Below, piece by piece: positions 27,047 through 36,700 of a DNA stretch of 46,947 nt (within the stretch, counting starts at the first letter, position 1; the number at the start of each line of letters is the position of its first letter). The notes beneath the pieces are model-generated. The model was not told where the DNA came from. It saw only the letters and a program-made list of their open reading frames with translations, and made no database searches. The stretch covers positions 1 to 46,947 of the forward strand of contig JAPLUF010000290.1 in assembly GCA_026397755.1 (NCBI GenBank), in the 5' to 3' direction. Made by a program: the position numbers and the translations under genes. Source of the stretch: Verrucomicrobiota bacterium (lineage in GTDB: Bacteria > Verrucomicrobiota > Verrucomicrobiia > Limisphaerales > UBA9464).

Positions 27047-27886
27047 TCAGCGGCAACGCTGCGCCAGCAACTCGACGAGCCCGGCTAGCACTTCTTCGCG
27101 GTCGCGGCCTGCAAGGCTGAGAGCCAATTGGGCGGTCAGGAATCCGTGCTTGGCTCCCATGTCGTAGCGGCGTCCGGCGGTTTCGAGGGCCAGGTAGCGC
27201 TCTTTTCGGGCGAGTGCGGAGAGGGCGGTGGATAGGTTCACCGGCCCGGTGGTCTCATTCACTTGACGTTCGAGCAGGTCCATCAAGGAAGGGGTCAAGA
27301 CGTGCATTCCGAAGAAGCAGAGGTAGTGCGCCGCACGCAAGCCCGGGATGACGAGACGCTGTTCGGCTAGGGTGGGTGTTGGTTTTTCGAGGACCTCCGC
27401 GATTTCGTACAAGGCGTCCCTTCCTGTGACCCGACGTCCGCCGATTGCTCCGTAGTAGGGCAGTTTGCTCTCATGCGTCGCCTGGACGGCAGAGACGGCG
27501 GAACGTTCGTTGGCAGCGGTTTCCATCAGTTGACGGGCGCAACTCGCCGCCGTGGCGCTGACATAGACATGGTCCCCGACCAGTAGGAGGAATGATTCTT
27601 CCTGGGTGAAAGCACGGCCGCACGCCACCGCATGGCCGTAGCCCCGGGGTTCGGTCTGCTCGATGAAGCGGAGCCTGCGTCCGTGGGGTCCTGCGGCTTC
27701 GGTGTAAGCGGCTTGGTCGCCCGGGTGGATGACGACCGCGATTTCTTCGATGCCGGCCGAGAGTGCTTCTTCAATCACCACGCCCAAGGCACTGCGGGAG
27801 ATGCCATCCTGACCCACCAGTGTCTGCAGCGGTAGGGTGCGCTGGTTTCGCCCGGCGGCGGTGATCAGAGCCTTCTTGATGTTCAT
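27047..27886 (-). CDS. Sugar-phosphate nucleotidyltransferase, UTP-glucose-1-phosphate uridylyltransferase (GalU)-like
   Basis: [45 protein letters not shown]; start at ATG 27886; canonical GxGTR motif is altered. Confidence 0.75.
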   Translation of the reverse strand: MNIKKALITAAGRNQRTLPLQTLVGQDGISRSALGVVIEEALSAGIEEIAVVIHPGDQAAYTEAAGPHGRRLRFIEQTEPRGYGHAVACGRAFTQEESFLLLVGDHVYVSATAASCARQLMETAANERSAVSAVQATHESKLPYYGAIGGRRVTGRDALYEIAEVLEKPTPTLAEQRLVIPGLRAAHYLCFFGMHVLTPSLMDLLERQVNETTGPVNLSTALSALARKERYLALETAGRRYDMGAKHGFLTAQLALSLAGRDREEVLAGLVELLAQRCR

Positions 27887-28040
27887 CGGATGGGGCACTG
27901 TGGCAGATCGGTGGGCGATTGTCAGCAGGCAGAGCGCGAGGCGGGCGGTGCGTGGGGTACCGAGGCTCGCGCTTTCGAACACCAAATTTCCTTCCCTGTC
28001 TCGACACCAGCGGGGCTCAGGGTTAGGAGTCCTTCAGCGC

Positions 28041-29378
28041 GTGAACCTTATCCAAATTACTCCGGGAGCCGGGGGCATGTATTGCGGCAACTGTTTTCGA
28101 GACAATGCCTTGGTGGCGGAGCTGCGCCGGCAAGGCCATGACACGGTGATGGTGCCCCTGTATCTGCCGATGACGCTGGACGAAGCCCCGACGGTGGGTA
28201 CCACCCCGACTTTCTTCGGAGGAATCAATGTCTTCTTGTCCCAGAAGATGGCCTGGTACCGGCGCTCTCCGGCATGGATGCGTCGAGCCGTGGACGCGCC
28301 TTGGCTGCTGAAATGGGCCGCTGGAAAAGCCGCTAAGACCCGGCCCCAAGATGTGGGCGAGCTGACGGTGTCGATGCTGCGCGGTGAGGAAGGTTCCCAG
28401 ATCCGCGAGTTGGAGGACATGGTTGCATGGATGTCTGGGTTGCCGCAGCCAGATGCGGTCTTTTTGTCCAATGCGCTGCTCTTGGGCTTTGCCCGTCGGC
28501 TGCGATCCGGGTTGGGAACGAAGGTGATTAGTTTTTTGCAAAGCGAAGAGTCCTTCCTCGATTCGTTGCCGGAACCTTTCCGCAGCGAAGCCTGGCGACT
28601 CATGGCCGAGCGGGGGCGCGAACTGGACGGTTGGATCGCCCCGACCCGTTATTTCGCCGACCGTATGATTCACCGACTGGGCCTTCCGGCAGATCGCGTC
28701 CGCGTGGCCAAGAGTGGGATCTCTCTTGAGGGCTACCGGGATCTCCCGAGTCGACCGGATGGCGGTTTTCGAGGCTCCACACCGACGCTGGGATTCTTTG
28801 CTCGGATGTGTCCTGAGAAGGGCTTGGACACGGTCGTTGAGACTTTCATTGAGCTGCGGGAACAGGAGCGGTTTTCAACGCTGCGATTGAAAGTTGGCGG
28901 CGGTTGTGGACCGGGGGATCAGGCCTTTGTGGAGACGTTGCGCCGACGTCTGGCCGAGGCCGGGTTGGCTCAAGCGGCTTCTTTCCATCCCAACCTTTCC
29001 CGCGACGAGAAGGTGAGTTTTCTGGCCTCGGTGGATGTTCTTTCGGTGCCGTCCCGATTCAGTGAGGCTTTTGGACTCTTTGTCGTCGAGGCCCTCGCTG
29101 CTGGCACCCCCGTCGTCCAACCCGATGTCTGCGGCTTCCGTGAGATCATCGAGGCGACGGGCGGAGGTCGTTTATGCTCCACAAACACCCCAAGTGCACT
29201 GGCAGCGACCCTCGCCGAGGTGTTGGCGAATCCTGCGGAACTGCGGCGTCTGGGCGAGTGTGGCCGGCAGGCGGTGTCCGAGCGCTTCAGTGATGCCGCG
29301 ATGGCTCGCGAGGTCTTGGCCGAGACTCGGTCCCTATTAGGCCATTCCCGAACTCCTGCATCGCCGCCCCATCCCTGA
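28041..29378 (+). CDS. Glycosyltransferase family 4
   Basis: GTG start at 28041 with upstream AGGAG; R.CPEKG and PSRFSEAFGLFVVEALAAGTPVV (ExF-x4-E GT4 signature). Confidence 0.88.
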   Translation: MNLIQITPGAGGMYCGNCFRDNALVAELRRQGHDTVMVPLYLPMTLDEAPTVGTTPTFFGGINVFLSQKMAWYRRSPAWMRRAVDAPWLLKWAAGKAAKTRPQDVGELTVSMLRGEEGSQIRELEDMVAWMSGLPQPDAVFLSNALLLGFARRLRSGLGTKVISFLQSEESFLDSLPEPFRSEAWRLMAERGRELDGWIAPTRYFADRMIHRLGLPADRVRVAKSGISLEGYRDLPSRPDGGFRGSTPTLGFFARMCPEKGLDTVVETFIELREQERFSTLRLKVGGGCGPGDQAFVETLRRRLAEAGLAQAASFHPNLSRDEKVSFLASVDVLSVPSRFSEAFGLFVVEALAAGTPVVQPDVCGFREIIEATGGGRLCSTNTPSALAATLAEVLANPAELRRLGECGRQAVSERFSDAAMAREVLAETRSLLGHSRTPASPPHP

Positions 29379-29412
29379 CCTGTGGATCCTTGAACAACTC
29401 CTAATTACCCTC

Positions 29413-29871
29413 ATGCCCTTTTTCGAATTCCGAGCGACCCGCCGTGTCGAGTTCAACGAAACCGACCTGGCCGGCATCGTTCACTTCTCCAACTTCTTCC
29501 GCTACATGGAGACGGTGGAGGGGGCCTTTTACCGGTCGTTCGGTCAGTCGGTGATTTTGCGGGGGGCAGCTGAGCCTCTGGGCTTGCCGCGGGTGCATGC
29601 CGATTGTGACTACCTGAAGCCGCTGCGCTTTGAGGACCTGATCGAAATGCACCTCTTGGTGAAGGAAAAACGCGAGAAGACGGTGACCTACCAGATTCGC
29701 TTTTGGCGTATCGAACCGGGGCCGGCCGAGGAGGTGGCTGTGGGGCATGTGACCCTGGTCTGCGTGGGTCGGTGCCCTGGCGGTGAGCTCAAGTCTCAAC
29801 CCTTCCCAGTCGACTTCGCTGAGCACCTGGAGGTAGCGCCGACCTCCGCTTTACGCCCAGCCCGGGCCTGA
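29413..29871 (+). CDS. Acyl-CoA thioesterase (4HBT/YbgC hotdog family)
   Basis: RVEFNETDLAGIVHFSNFFRYME and CDYLKPLRFED motifs. Confidence 0.9.
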   Translation: MPFFEFRATRRVEFNETDLAGIVHFSNFFRYMETVEGAFYRSFGQSVILRGAAEPLGLPRVHADCDYLKPLRFEDLIEMHLLVKEKREKTVTYQIRFWRIEPGPAEEVAVGHVTLVCVGRCPGGELKSQPFPVDFAEHLEVAPTSALRPARA

Positions 29872-30059
29872 GCCGAAACGAGGCTATTGGATCGTCCTGT
29901 TTGCGGCAGTAACCTGGCATGTAGCCCGATGAGCCTCCTAGGTAGGGACCGATCTCCGAGCAGTCCAGGCTCTGGTGCGCTCCTATTGGGTGCTTTGCTC
30001 TTGGCCGTGTCCGCCGCCTTGCGTAGTGGGCCAACCGGGACAACGATTCAGCCCAGCGC

Positions 30060-31175
30060 ATGAGCAACGTGCTATCCCGATTCAATCCGTCCCTCGCCAC
30101 CCTGCCGGTGTATGTGCCCGGTCGGCCCATCGAGGAAGTCGCCCGCGAACATGGTCTGGATCCCGCCAGCATCATCAAGCTGGCCTCCAACGAAAACCCC
30201 TTTGGCCCCTCGCCCAAAGCCCTGGTGGCCATGGAGACGGTGCTGCGGCAACTGCACCTTTACCCCGATGGTTCAGCCTCGGTGCTCAAACGGGCTCTCG
30301 CCGAATCGCTGGGGGTCCGGACCGAGAACCTCATCTTGGGCAACGGCTCCAATGAACTCCTCGAGTTCGTAGGGCATGCCATGATGTGCCCGGGGGTCGA
30401 GGTGGTGGTTCCGGAGTTCTGCTTTGCCGTGTATCCCATCGTGACGGCCTTGTTCGGAGCCACGTTGGTGACCGTGCCTGCGGTCGATTTCGCTGCCGAT
30501 ATCGATGGCCTGATCCGGGCGATCACGCCCCGCACCGGCGTGCTCTTCCTAGCCAATCCCAACAACCCCACCGGCACTCGGACTTCCCGCGAGAATATTC
30601 TTCGGTTGCTGCGTGAAGTGCCCAAGGACGTGCTCATTGTCATGGATGAGGCGTATATCGAGTTCCTTGAAGATCCGGTCGACCTCGTCCCGCAAATTCT
30701 TTCGGGCCAACAGACCAATCTTCTGCTCTGCCGGACTTTCTCCAAGATCTTCGGCTTGGCCGGTCTTCGGCTGGGATATGGCATCGCTTCCCCGGCGTTG
30801 ATCTCGGCCTTCGAAAAAGTACGCCAACCCTTCAACATCAACTCCATTGCCCAGGCGGGTGCCCTGGCAGCCCTCCAGGATCACGATCATCAGGCGCGGA
30901 CCCGCGACAACAACCGGGTGGGCGTCGAGTATTTCCAGTCGGCCTTCAAGGCCATGGGGCTGCCTTACGTGCCGTCGCACGCCAATTTCGTGCTGGCCAA
31001 GACCGGTCGAGGCGGCGCCGTGTTTGCCGCGCTCCAGCAGCGGGGGATTATTACCCGGCCCATGGGCAGCTACGGGTTGACGGACTGGTTGCGGATTTCT
31101 GTCGGCACTCCGGCCGAGAACGCTCGCTGCCTGATCGCCCTGCGGGAGGTACTGGCGGCGATGCCTGCGGTCTGA
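30060..31175 (+). CDS. hisC: Histidinol-phosphate aminotransferase
   Basis: YVPG, KLASNENP, YPD, GNGSNE, NPNNPTG, DEAY.EF, RTFSKIFGLAGLRLGY, LRISVG. Confidence 0.95.
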   Translation: MSNVLSRFNPSLATLPVYVPGRPIEEVAREHGLDPASIIKLASNENPFGPSPKALVAMETVLRQLHLYPDGSASVLKRALAESLGVRTENLILGNGSNELLEFVGHAMMCPGVEVVVPEFCFAVYPIVTALFGATLVTVPAVDFAADIDGLIRAITPRTGVLFLANPNNPTGTRTSRENILRLLREVPKDVLIVMDEAYIEFLEDPVDLVPQILSGQQTNLLLCRTFSKIFGLAGLRLGYGIASPALISAFEKVRQPFNINSIAQAGALAALQDHDHQARTRDNNRVGVEYFQSAFKAMGLPYVPSHANFVLAKTGRGGAVFAALQQRGIITRPMGSYGLTDWLRISVGTPAENARCLIALREVLAAMPAV

Positions 31176-31194
31176 TGGTTTTTTCGGAGCATTT

Positions 31195-31833
31195 ATGAAC
31201 ACCCCGGTCTCTCTGCGCGTTGAAAGCGTTCCCGCCCAGCAAGTGCCTTCGCGTGCCTTGCTCATCGTTCTGCATGGACTGGGTGACTCGTCGCAAGGTT
31301 GGGAATGGTTGCCCGGCGAATTGCGCCTGCCTTGGCTCGAGTACGCCTTGGTCAATGCACCCGATTCTTACTACGGCGGCTATTCGTGGTATGACCTGCC
31401 CGGTGATGCCGGTCCGGGCGTGCGTCGCAGTCGGAAACTCCTCCGCCAACTCATTGACGAGCGCATTGCCGCTGGCCATGCCCCGGAACGCATTGGGATT
31501 CTCGGGTTTTCGCAAGGATGCCTGATGACCTTTGACGTGGGGTGGCGGGTCACACCGAGGCTGGGAGCGTTGGTGGGTATTAGTGGTTACATTCATGACT
31601 CAGAGGCGTTGCTGCGCGAGTTGGGGCCCGAGGCGCGGCAAGTTCCGGCGCTCTTCACCCACGGCACTCAAGATCCGGTGGTGCCCATGGTGCCGGTCCG
31701 CGGACAGGCGCAGGCCTTGAAAGAGGCCGGACTGAACCTGGAATGGCGCGAGTTCGCCAAGGCCCACACCGTGGCCGGTGAACCAGAGATCCAGTTGATC
31801 CGCGACTTCCTCACCCGGCATTTGGGGTCTTGA
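31195..31833 (+). CDS. Phospholipase/carboxylesterase (alpha/beta hydrolase)
   Basis: LHGLGD, GFSQG nucleophile elbow, HGTQDPVVP and the triad His (AHTV). Confidence 0.9.
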   Translation: MNTPVSLRVESVPAQQVPSRALLIVLHGLGDSSQGWEWLPGELRLPWLEYALVNAPDSYYGGYSWYDLPGDAGPGVRRSRKLLRQLIDERIAAGHAPERIGILGFSQGCLMTFDVGWRVTPRLGALVGISGYIHDSEALLRELGPEARQVPALFTHGTQDPVVPMVPVRGQAQALKEAGLNLEWREFAKAHTVAGEPEIQLIRDFLTRHLGS

Positions 31834-31937
31834 TTCTGGGCTGGAGACGGGGCCTGCGCCGTTTTGAGTTACCCAGAGAGAGGCAATAGTGGGCCGCCGG
31901 ATTGCGCCGCTGCACGATAGGCATCAGGATCAGGCCA

Positions 31938-32696
31938 GTGAAGCTGACCTCATGGAACGTCAATGGCCTGCGCGCGGCGCTGGGCAAGGGATTGCTCGAC
32001 TGGATTGCCCAAGAGGATGCCGATGTCATTTGCCTCCAAGAGGTGAAGGCAATGCCTGAGCAAGTGTCTGTCGAGTGGCCTAGTGGGTACTCGGTCCATT
32101 GGAACTCCGCCGAACGCAAGGGCTACAGCGGTACTCTGACCCTGAGCCGTCGGCCGGTCCTCTCCGTCGAGCGAGGCCTGGGTTCGTGGTTATCGGACAA
32201 CGAAGGTCGGGTGTTGACGGTCGAACTCCAGGACCAGTTTGTCGTCAATTGCTACACACCCAATACCAAGAGGGATCTTTCTCGCCTGCCGTATCGGGAG
32301 CTGGAATGGGATCCGGCCTTTCGGGCTTATCTGAAGGCGTTGGAGGCCCGTAAGCCGGTGGTTTTTTGCGGAGATCTCAATGTGGCCCACGAAGAAATCG
32401 ATTTGGCCAATCCCAAGGCCAATGTTCGCAACCATGGGTTCACGGTCGAAGAACGCAGTGGGTTCACTCGGCTCATGGAGGCGGGGTTTGTGGATACGTT
32501 CCGCGACCGGCATCCGGGGAAGGGCGGGCATTATACCTGGTGGAGTCCGATGGCCGGCGCTCGGTCCCGGAATGTCGGGTGGCGTATTGATTATGTCGGG
32601 ATTTCGGGGGCGCTTCGACCGGCGTTGAAAGAGGCCTTCATTCGCCCGTCTGTTTTGGGATCTGACCATTGTCCAGTGGGCTTGGTGTTGGGCTGA
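31938..32696 (+). CDS. xth: Exodeoxyribonuclease III (AP endonuclease)
   Basis: GTG start at 31938; SWNVNGLRA, LQEVK, GYSG, EGR, CGDLNVAH, YTWWS, GWRIDY, SDHCP. Confidence 0.95.
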   Translation: MKLTSWNVNGLRAALGKGLLDWIAQEDADVICLQEVKAMPEQVSVEWPSGYSVHWNSAERKGYSGTLTLSRRPVLSVERGLGSWLSDNEGRVLTVELQDQFVVNCYTPNTKRDLSRLPYRELEWDPAFRAYLKALEARKPVVFCGDLNVAHEEIDLANPKANVRNHGFTVEERSGFTRLMEAGFVDTFRDRHPGKGGHYTWWSPMAGARSRNVGWRIDYVGISGALRPALKEAFIRPSVLGSDHCPVGLVLG

Positions 32697-32825
32697 AGTT
32701 CTCGATAGGGGCCCGAGGGCACTGATCGTAATCAAGACGTTCGGGCCTTGCTGAAGAGTTCCGCGGGTCGAGCGCTTCCACCTTGCCGTACCCGCATCCG
32801 CGCCGACACTCCCCGTGTGGATGCC

Positions 32826-33593
32826 ATGAAGATCACCGTCGAGACGCTGCGCGGATGGAAGGGTTGCCGCCCATTCGGTGCGTTGACGGCCTATGATTAT
32901 CCCGGGGCTCGGTTGCTCGATGAAGCCGGTGTGCCGGTGCTGCTCGTGGGGGATTCCCTGGGCATGGTGGTGCTGGGTCATCCGGACACCACAGCCGTAA
33001 CCATGGACGACATCGTCCATCACCTTCGAGCGGTGGCCCGCGCCCGAGGCCGGGCATTGATCGGAGCGGATTTACCGTACAAAGCCTATGAGACGCCTGC
33101 CCAGGCGGTCTGCAATGCCCGCCGCTTGGTTGAGGCGGGTGCCGAATATGTGAAGGCCGAGGGAGGGCAGGAAATTTTACCGCAAGTCCGGGCGATCTTG
33201 GCTGAAGGAATTCCCTTCATGGGTCATCTGGGCATGCTGCCCCAGCATGTGGTGGAAGAGGGCGGCAAGTACCGCATCAAAGGTCGGGACGAGGCGGGTC
33301 GTCAGCGCTTGTTGGACGACGCCCTTGCCTTGGAAGAAGCCGGCGCCTTTGCCTGTGTCTTGGAGTTGGTGACCCCACCGGTGGCTGCTGAAATCCGCAG
33401 TGTTTGCTCTCGAATGCTCACCCTCGGCATTGGCAGTGGTCCGGACTGTGATGGCCAGATTTTGGTGACGCACGACTTGGTTGGAGCCTTCCCCTGGTTC
33501 ACCCCCAAGTTCGTCGAACCCCGGGTCCGCACCGGGGAATCCATTCGCTCGGCCGCCCAAGACTGGCTGGCCTCATTAATACCTAATTATTGA
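32826..33593 (+). CDS. panB: 3-methyl-2-oxobutanoate hydroxymethyltransferase
   Basis: LTAYD, LVGDSLGMV, ADLP, VKAEGG, GHLG..PQ, GIGSG..CDGQILV.HD; start at ATG 32826. Confidence 0.95.
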   Translation: MKITVETLRGWKGCRPFGALTAYDYPGARLLDEAGVPVLLVGDSLGMVVLGHPDTTAVTMDDIVHHLRAVARARGRALIGADLPYKAYETPAQAVCNARRLVEAGAEYVKAEGGQEILPQVRAILAEGIPFMGHLGMLPQHVVEEGGKYRIKGRDEAGRQRLLDDALALEEAGAFACVLELVTPPVAAEIRSVCSRMLTLGIGSGPDCDGQILVTHDLVGAFPWFTPKFVEPRVRTGESIRSAAQDWLASLIPNY

Positions 33594-33765
33594 AATTTGC
33601 CCGTCTTTACGGGAGAGAATCGGGTCCGTCGCGTTAGGACGTCACTGGCGGCGTGCTGCTAAATTTATTGGCTAAAAAGAACAAAAAAAACAGGTTTTAT
33701 TTTCAAACTATTTCTCAAGTATCGGCATTTATGCACCGATAAGAGTTTGATTGAGACCTTTTTCA

Positions 33766-36700
33766 ATGCGTTTTTTAGCGGTGCTGTTACTCATGATCAG
33801 CGCATTTGCGGTACAAACGCTCAGTGCAAGCGTACCGACGGTGAGCGATTCGGCAGGGACGCGCACGTCGGCCGAAGATGTCCCAATTAATATTTCAGGA
33901 GTGACCGTAGGGGATGCCGATGGCGGCAGTCTGACCGTCACGGTGACGGCCGTCAGCGGCACGATCACCCTGGCATCGACCACCAGCTTGTCTTCGCTGA
34001 CCGGCAACGGAACCAGCTCGATTCAATTCATTGCACCCATTGCCGACGCCAATACGGCTTTGGCCGGCATGACGTTCACCCCGACACTGAATTTCAACGG
34101 AGCCGCCACCTTCAATGTGTCTGCCAATGATGGCACCACCACCACGGCTCTGGGCTTAAAGACTATCACGTTTACAGCGGTAAATGACGCTCCGGTCGGG
34201 GTCGCCGATTCGGCCACCCTCACCGAGGATGGCACCACGGCCACCGGCAACGTGCTGACCAACGACACCGACCCTGACACGGCCGACACCGGTTCCACCG
34301 AGACTAAAACCGTCTCGGCCCTGTCGGGCGGATCCCTCGGCGTGGCCAAGTTCGGAAGCTACGGCTACCTCATGCTCAGTGCCAACGGAGGCTTTACCTA
34401 CACGTTGGACGGCAACCTGAACGCGGTGCAGGCGCTGGCATCGGGCAGTAGCCTCACCGAGACTTTCACCTACACCGTGGCAGATCAGGTAGGTCTCACC
34501 GCCACCGCCATTCTCACGGTCACCATCACCGGTGCCAATGATCGGCCATCGCTGGTGGCCTCCTCCGTCATTCGCACCCAGTTTGAGAACATCACCACCG
34601 CGTTCCTGGTCTCCGAGCTCTTGTTGGATACCCAGAACGCGAGCATCGGAGTGGATCTCGACACTGGTACCCAACTAGGTGTGGCCATCACGGCCTCCAC
34701 CACGACCGACGCCTCCACCTCGATGGCCGGCGCCTGGTCGTACAGCCTGAACAATGGGACTACCTGGATGCCGTTCCCTGTTGTAAGCGGCACCTCGGCG
34801 CTGTTACTGCCGCCCACAGCCCAGGTTCGTTTCGTGGTCACCGAAAGCACATCGATCGATTCCCGGAATTCCGGCCATGTCACCCTCGAGTACCGGGCCT
34901 GGGACCAGTCAGTCGGCACCGCGGGTTTGACGGCCAACCCGACGGGAGATACCAGCACCGGGCCCTATAGTTCCGACTCAATTACGGCGGCCATGAACGT
35001 GATCTCGGTCAACGACCCGCCGTTGCTCACCACCGCCACCCTTACGGTCAACGAGAACAATGGCGCGTATCCTGCCGGTACCGTGTCGGCAACGCTCACC
35101 ACAGGGTTCACCCAAGATTCAACCCTGACGGGAACTCTTACGGGAACCCTGCGCCTGCACGACCCCGACAATGCCAACTCGCAAATCGTCTACCGCATCG
35201 AGGAGCTGCCGGCCAAAGGCTACCTGACCCTCTCAGGGGCCACTCTGGCTGTTGGGTCGGTTTTCACCCACGCCCAGGCGTCGGGCATCCAGTACACCCC
35301 GGACGTCGCGGAATTGTCGGCAACTACAACCGACCGTTTTTACTTCACCGTGCGCGATGGTGCCGGCGGCGAAATCGGTTCGACTGGCAAGAACACGGGC
35401 AGCAACCCGTGGGCCTACGTCGATGTCACTATCGTAGACGTCAACTCGCCGGTCCGGATCACTGGCGCTTCCCTGACCGTTTCTGAAAACAACAGTCCCC
35501 CAGGGACCGCGGTCATCGCCGAAGTCCCATTGCTGATCTCCGACGCGGATGATTTGACTAACCTTAGGTCGCTGACGGTTACGAGCCTTCCTTCCTCCAG
35601 CCTGGGTGTCCTGCAGTATTGGAACGGCTCTGCGTATGTGGCGTTGACCTCGGTCCCCACGACGATTTTAGCGACGTCGTTGGCGGCACATCCCTTGCGC
35701 TTCTCCTACAACAACTCGGTCGAGCCGACGGACCAGAGTGGCTCCCTGGTCGCCCTGTATTCCCAGACCAGCTTCTCCGTCACGGCAACGGATAACCGTG
35801 CGACTTCGCCGTCGAGCACCAGCGCGACCGTGAGCCTGAGCATCACCCCGGTGAACGACCCTCCGGTGTTGGTAATCGCCAACTCGCCCATGACCGTGGC
35901 CTTGGGCAGCGCCGACAACATCATCGGGAACACCGCCCCCAACCGATACCTCGTCACCACCGATCCCGACAGCCCGGTCGCCCAGCGGATCTACAGCGTG
36001 ACCCGGAACCCGGAGCATGGATACCTGACTTTGTCCGGCGCGCGCCTGGGTGGTGGCTTCATCTTCACCGAGGCCGACTTGACCGCCGGCAACCTCAAGT
36101 ACTCGCGCAACGATAGCGTCAACGCGGCCTCCGATTCTGTGAAATTCGTGGTCGTTGACGGGCATGGTGGCACCTCGGCCGAGGGAACCCTGGTTATTAA
36201 CGTCTCGACGCCAGGCACAGGAGTCGCATTCCGAGCGATCGTTTCCGAGGACCTGTTTGTCCGCCTCGATTCGGATGCCGTCTCGTTCACTGCCACCGCT
36301 ACAGTCACCGCGACTAAGCCGAGTCGAGGCGAACTCTACAAGGCGGGCGTGGGCATGTTCATCTATGCTCCAGACGCCGCCGCCACGACCTTCACCCAGG
36401 CCGACATCGATGCAGGCAAAATTGTTTATGTGAACAAGAGAGTTGCCATAGGCGGTTTTGCGACCTTCCCGTCATCAGAGCCCTCCTCATATAATTACAC
36501 CGACACGTCGACCCTGACGATCACCGACGGGGGATCCACCACCACGGCCACGCTGACGTTTACCGTCACTCCGGTCGATGATCCGCCGTATATCGCACAA
36601 GGGAATACTGGGGTTCCCAATGATTCTGAACCGGTGGCTGTCTTGGAACAGCAGGCCGACGGTACCGATGGACGGGTCGGGGCTAATTTCGAACTGACCG

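Noticed and set aside
21003-33593. A dedicated glycosylation pathway (GT-C, GalU-like, GT4) for the Ser/Thr-rich adhesin
   Set aside because: The genes are dispersed among unrelated housekeeping genes on both strands; proximity alone is not evidence
33594-33720. c-di-GMP riboswitch or terminator upstream of the adhesin
   Set aside because: No GEMM consensus visible; the CCCGT-cttt-ACGGG hairpin is only 5 bp with no U-tract
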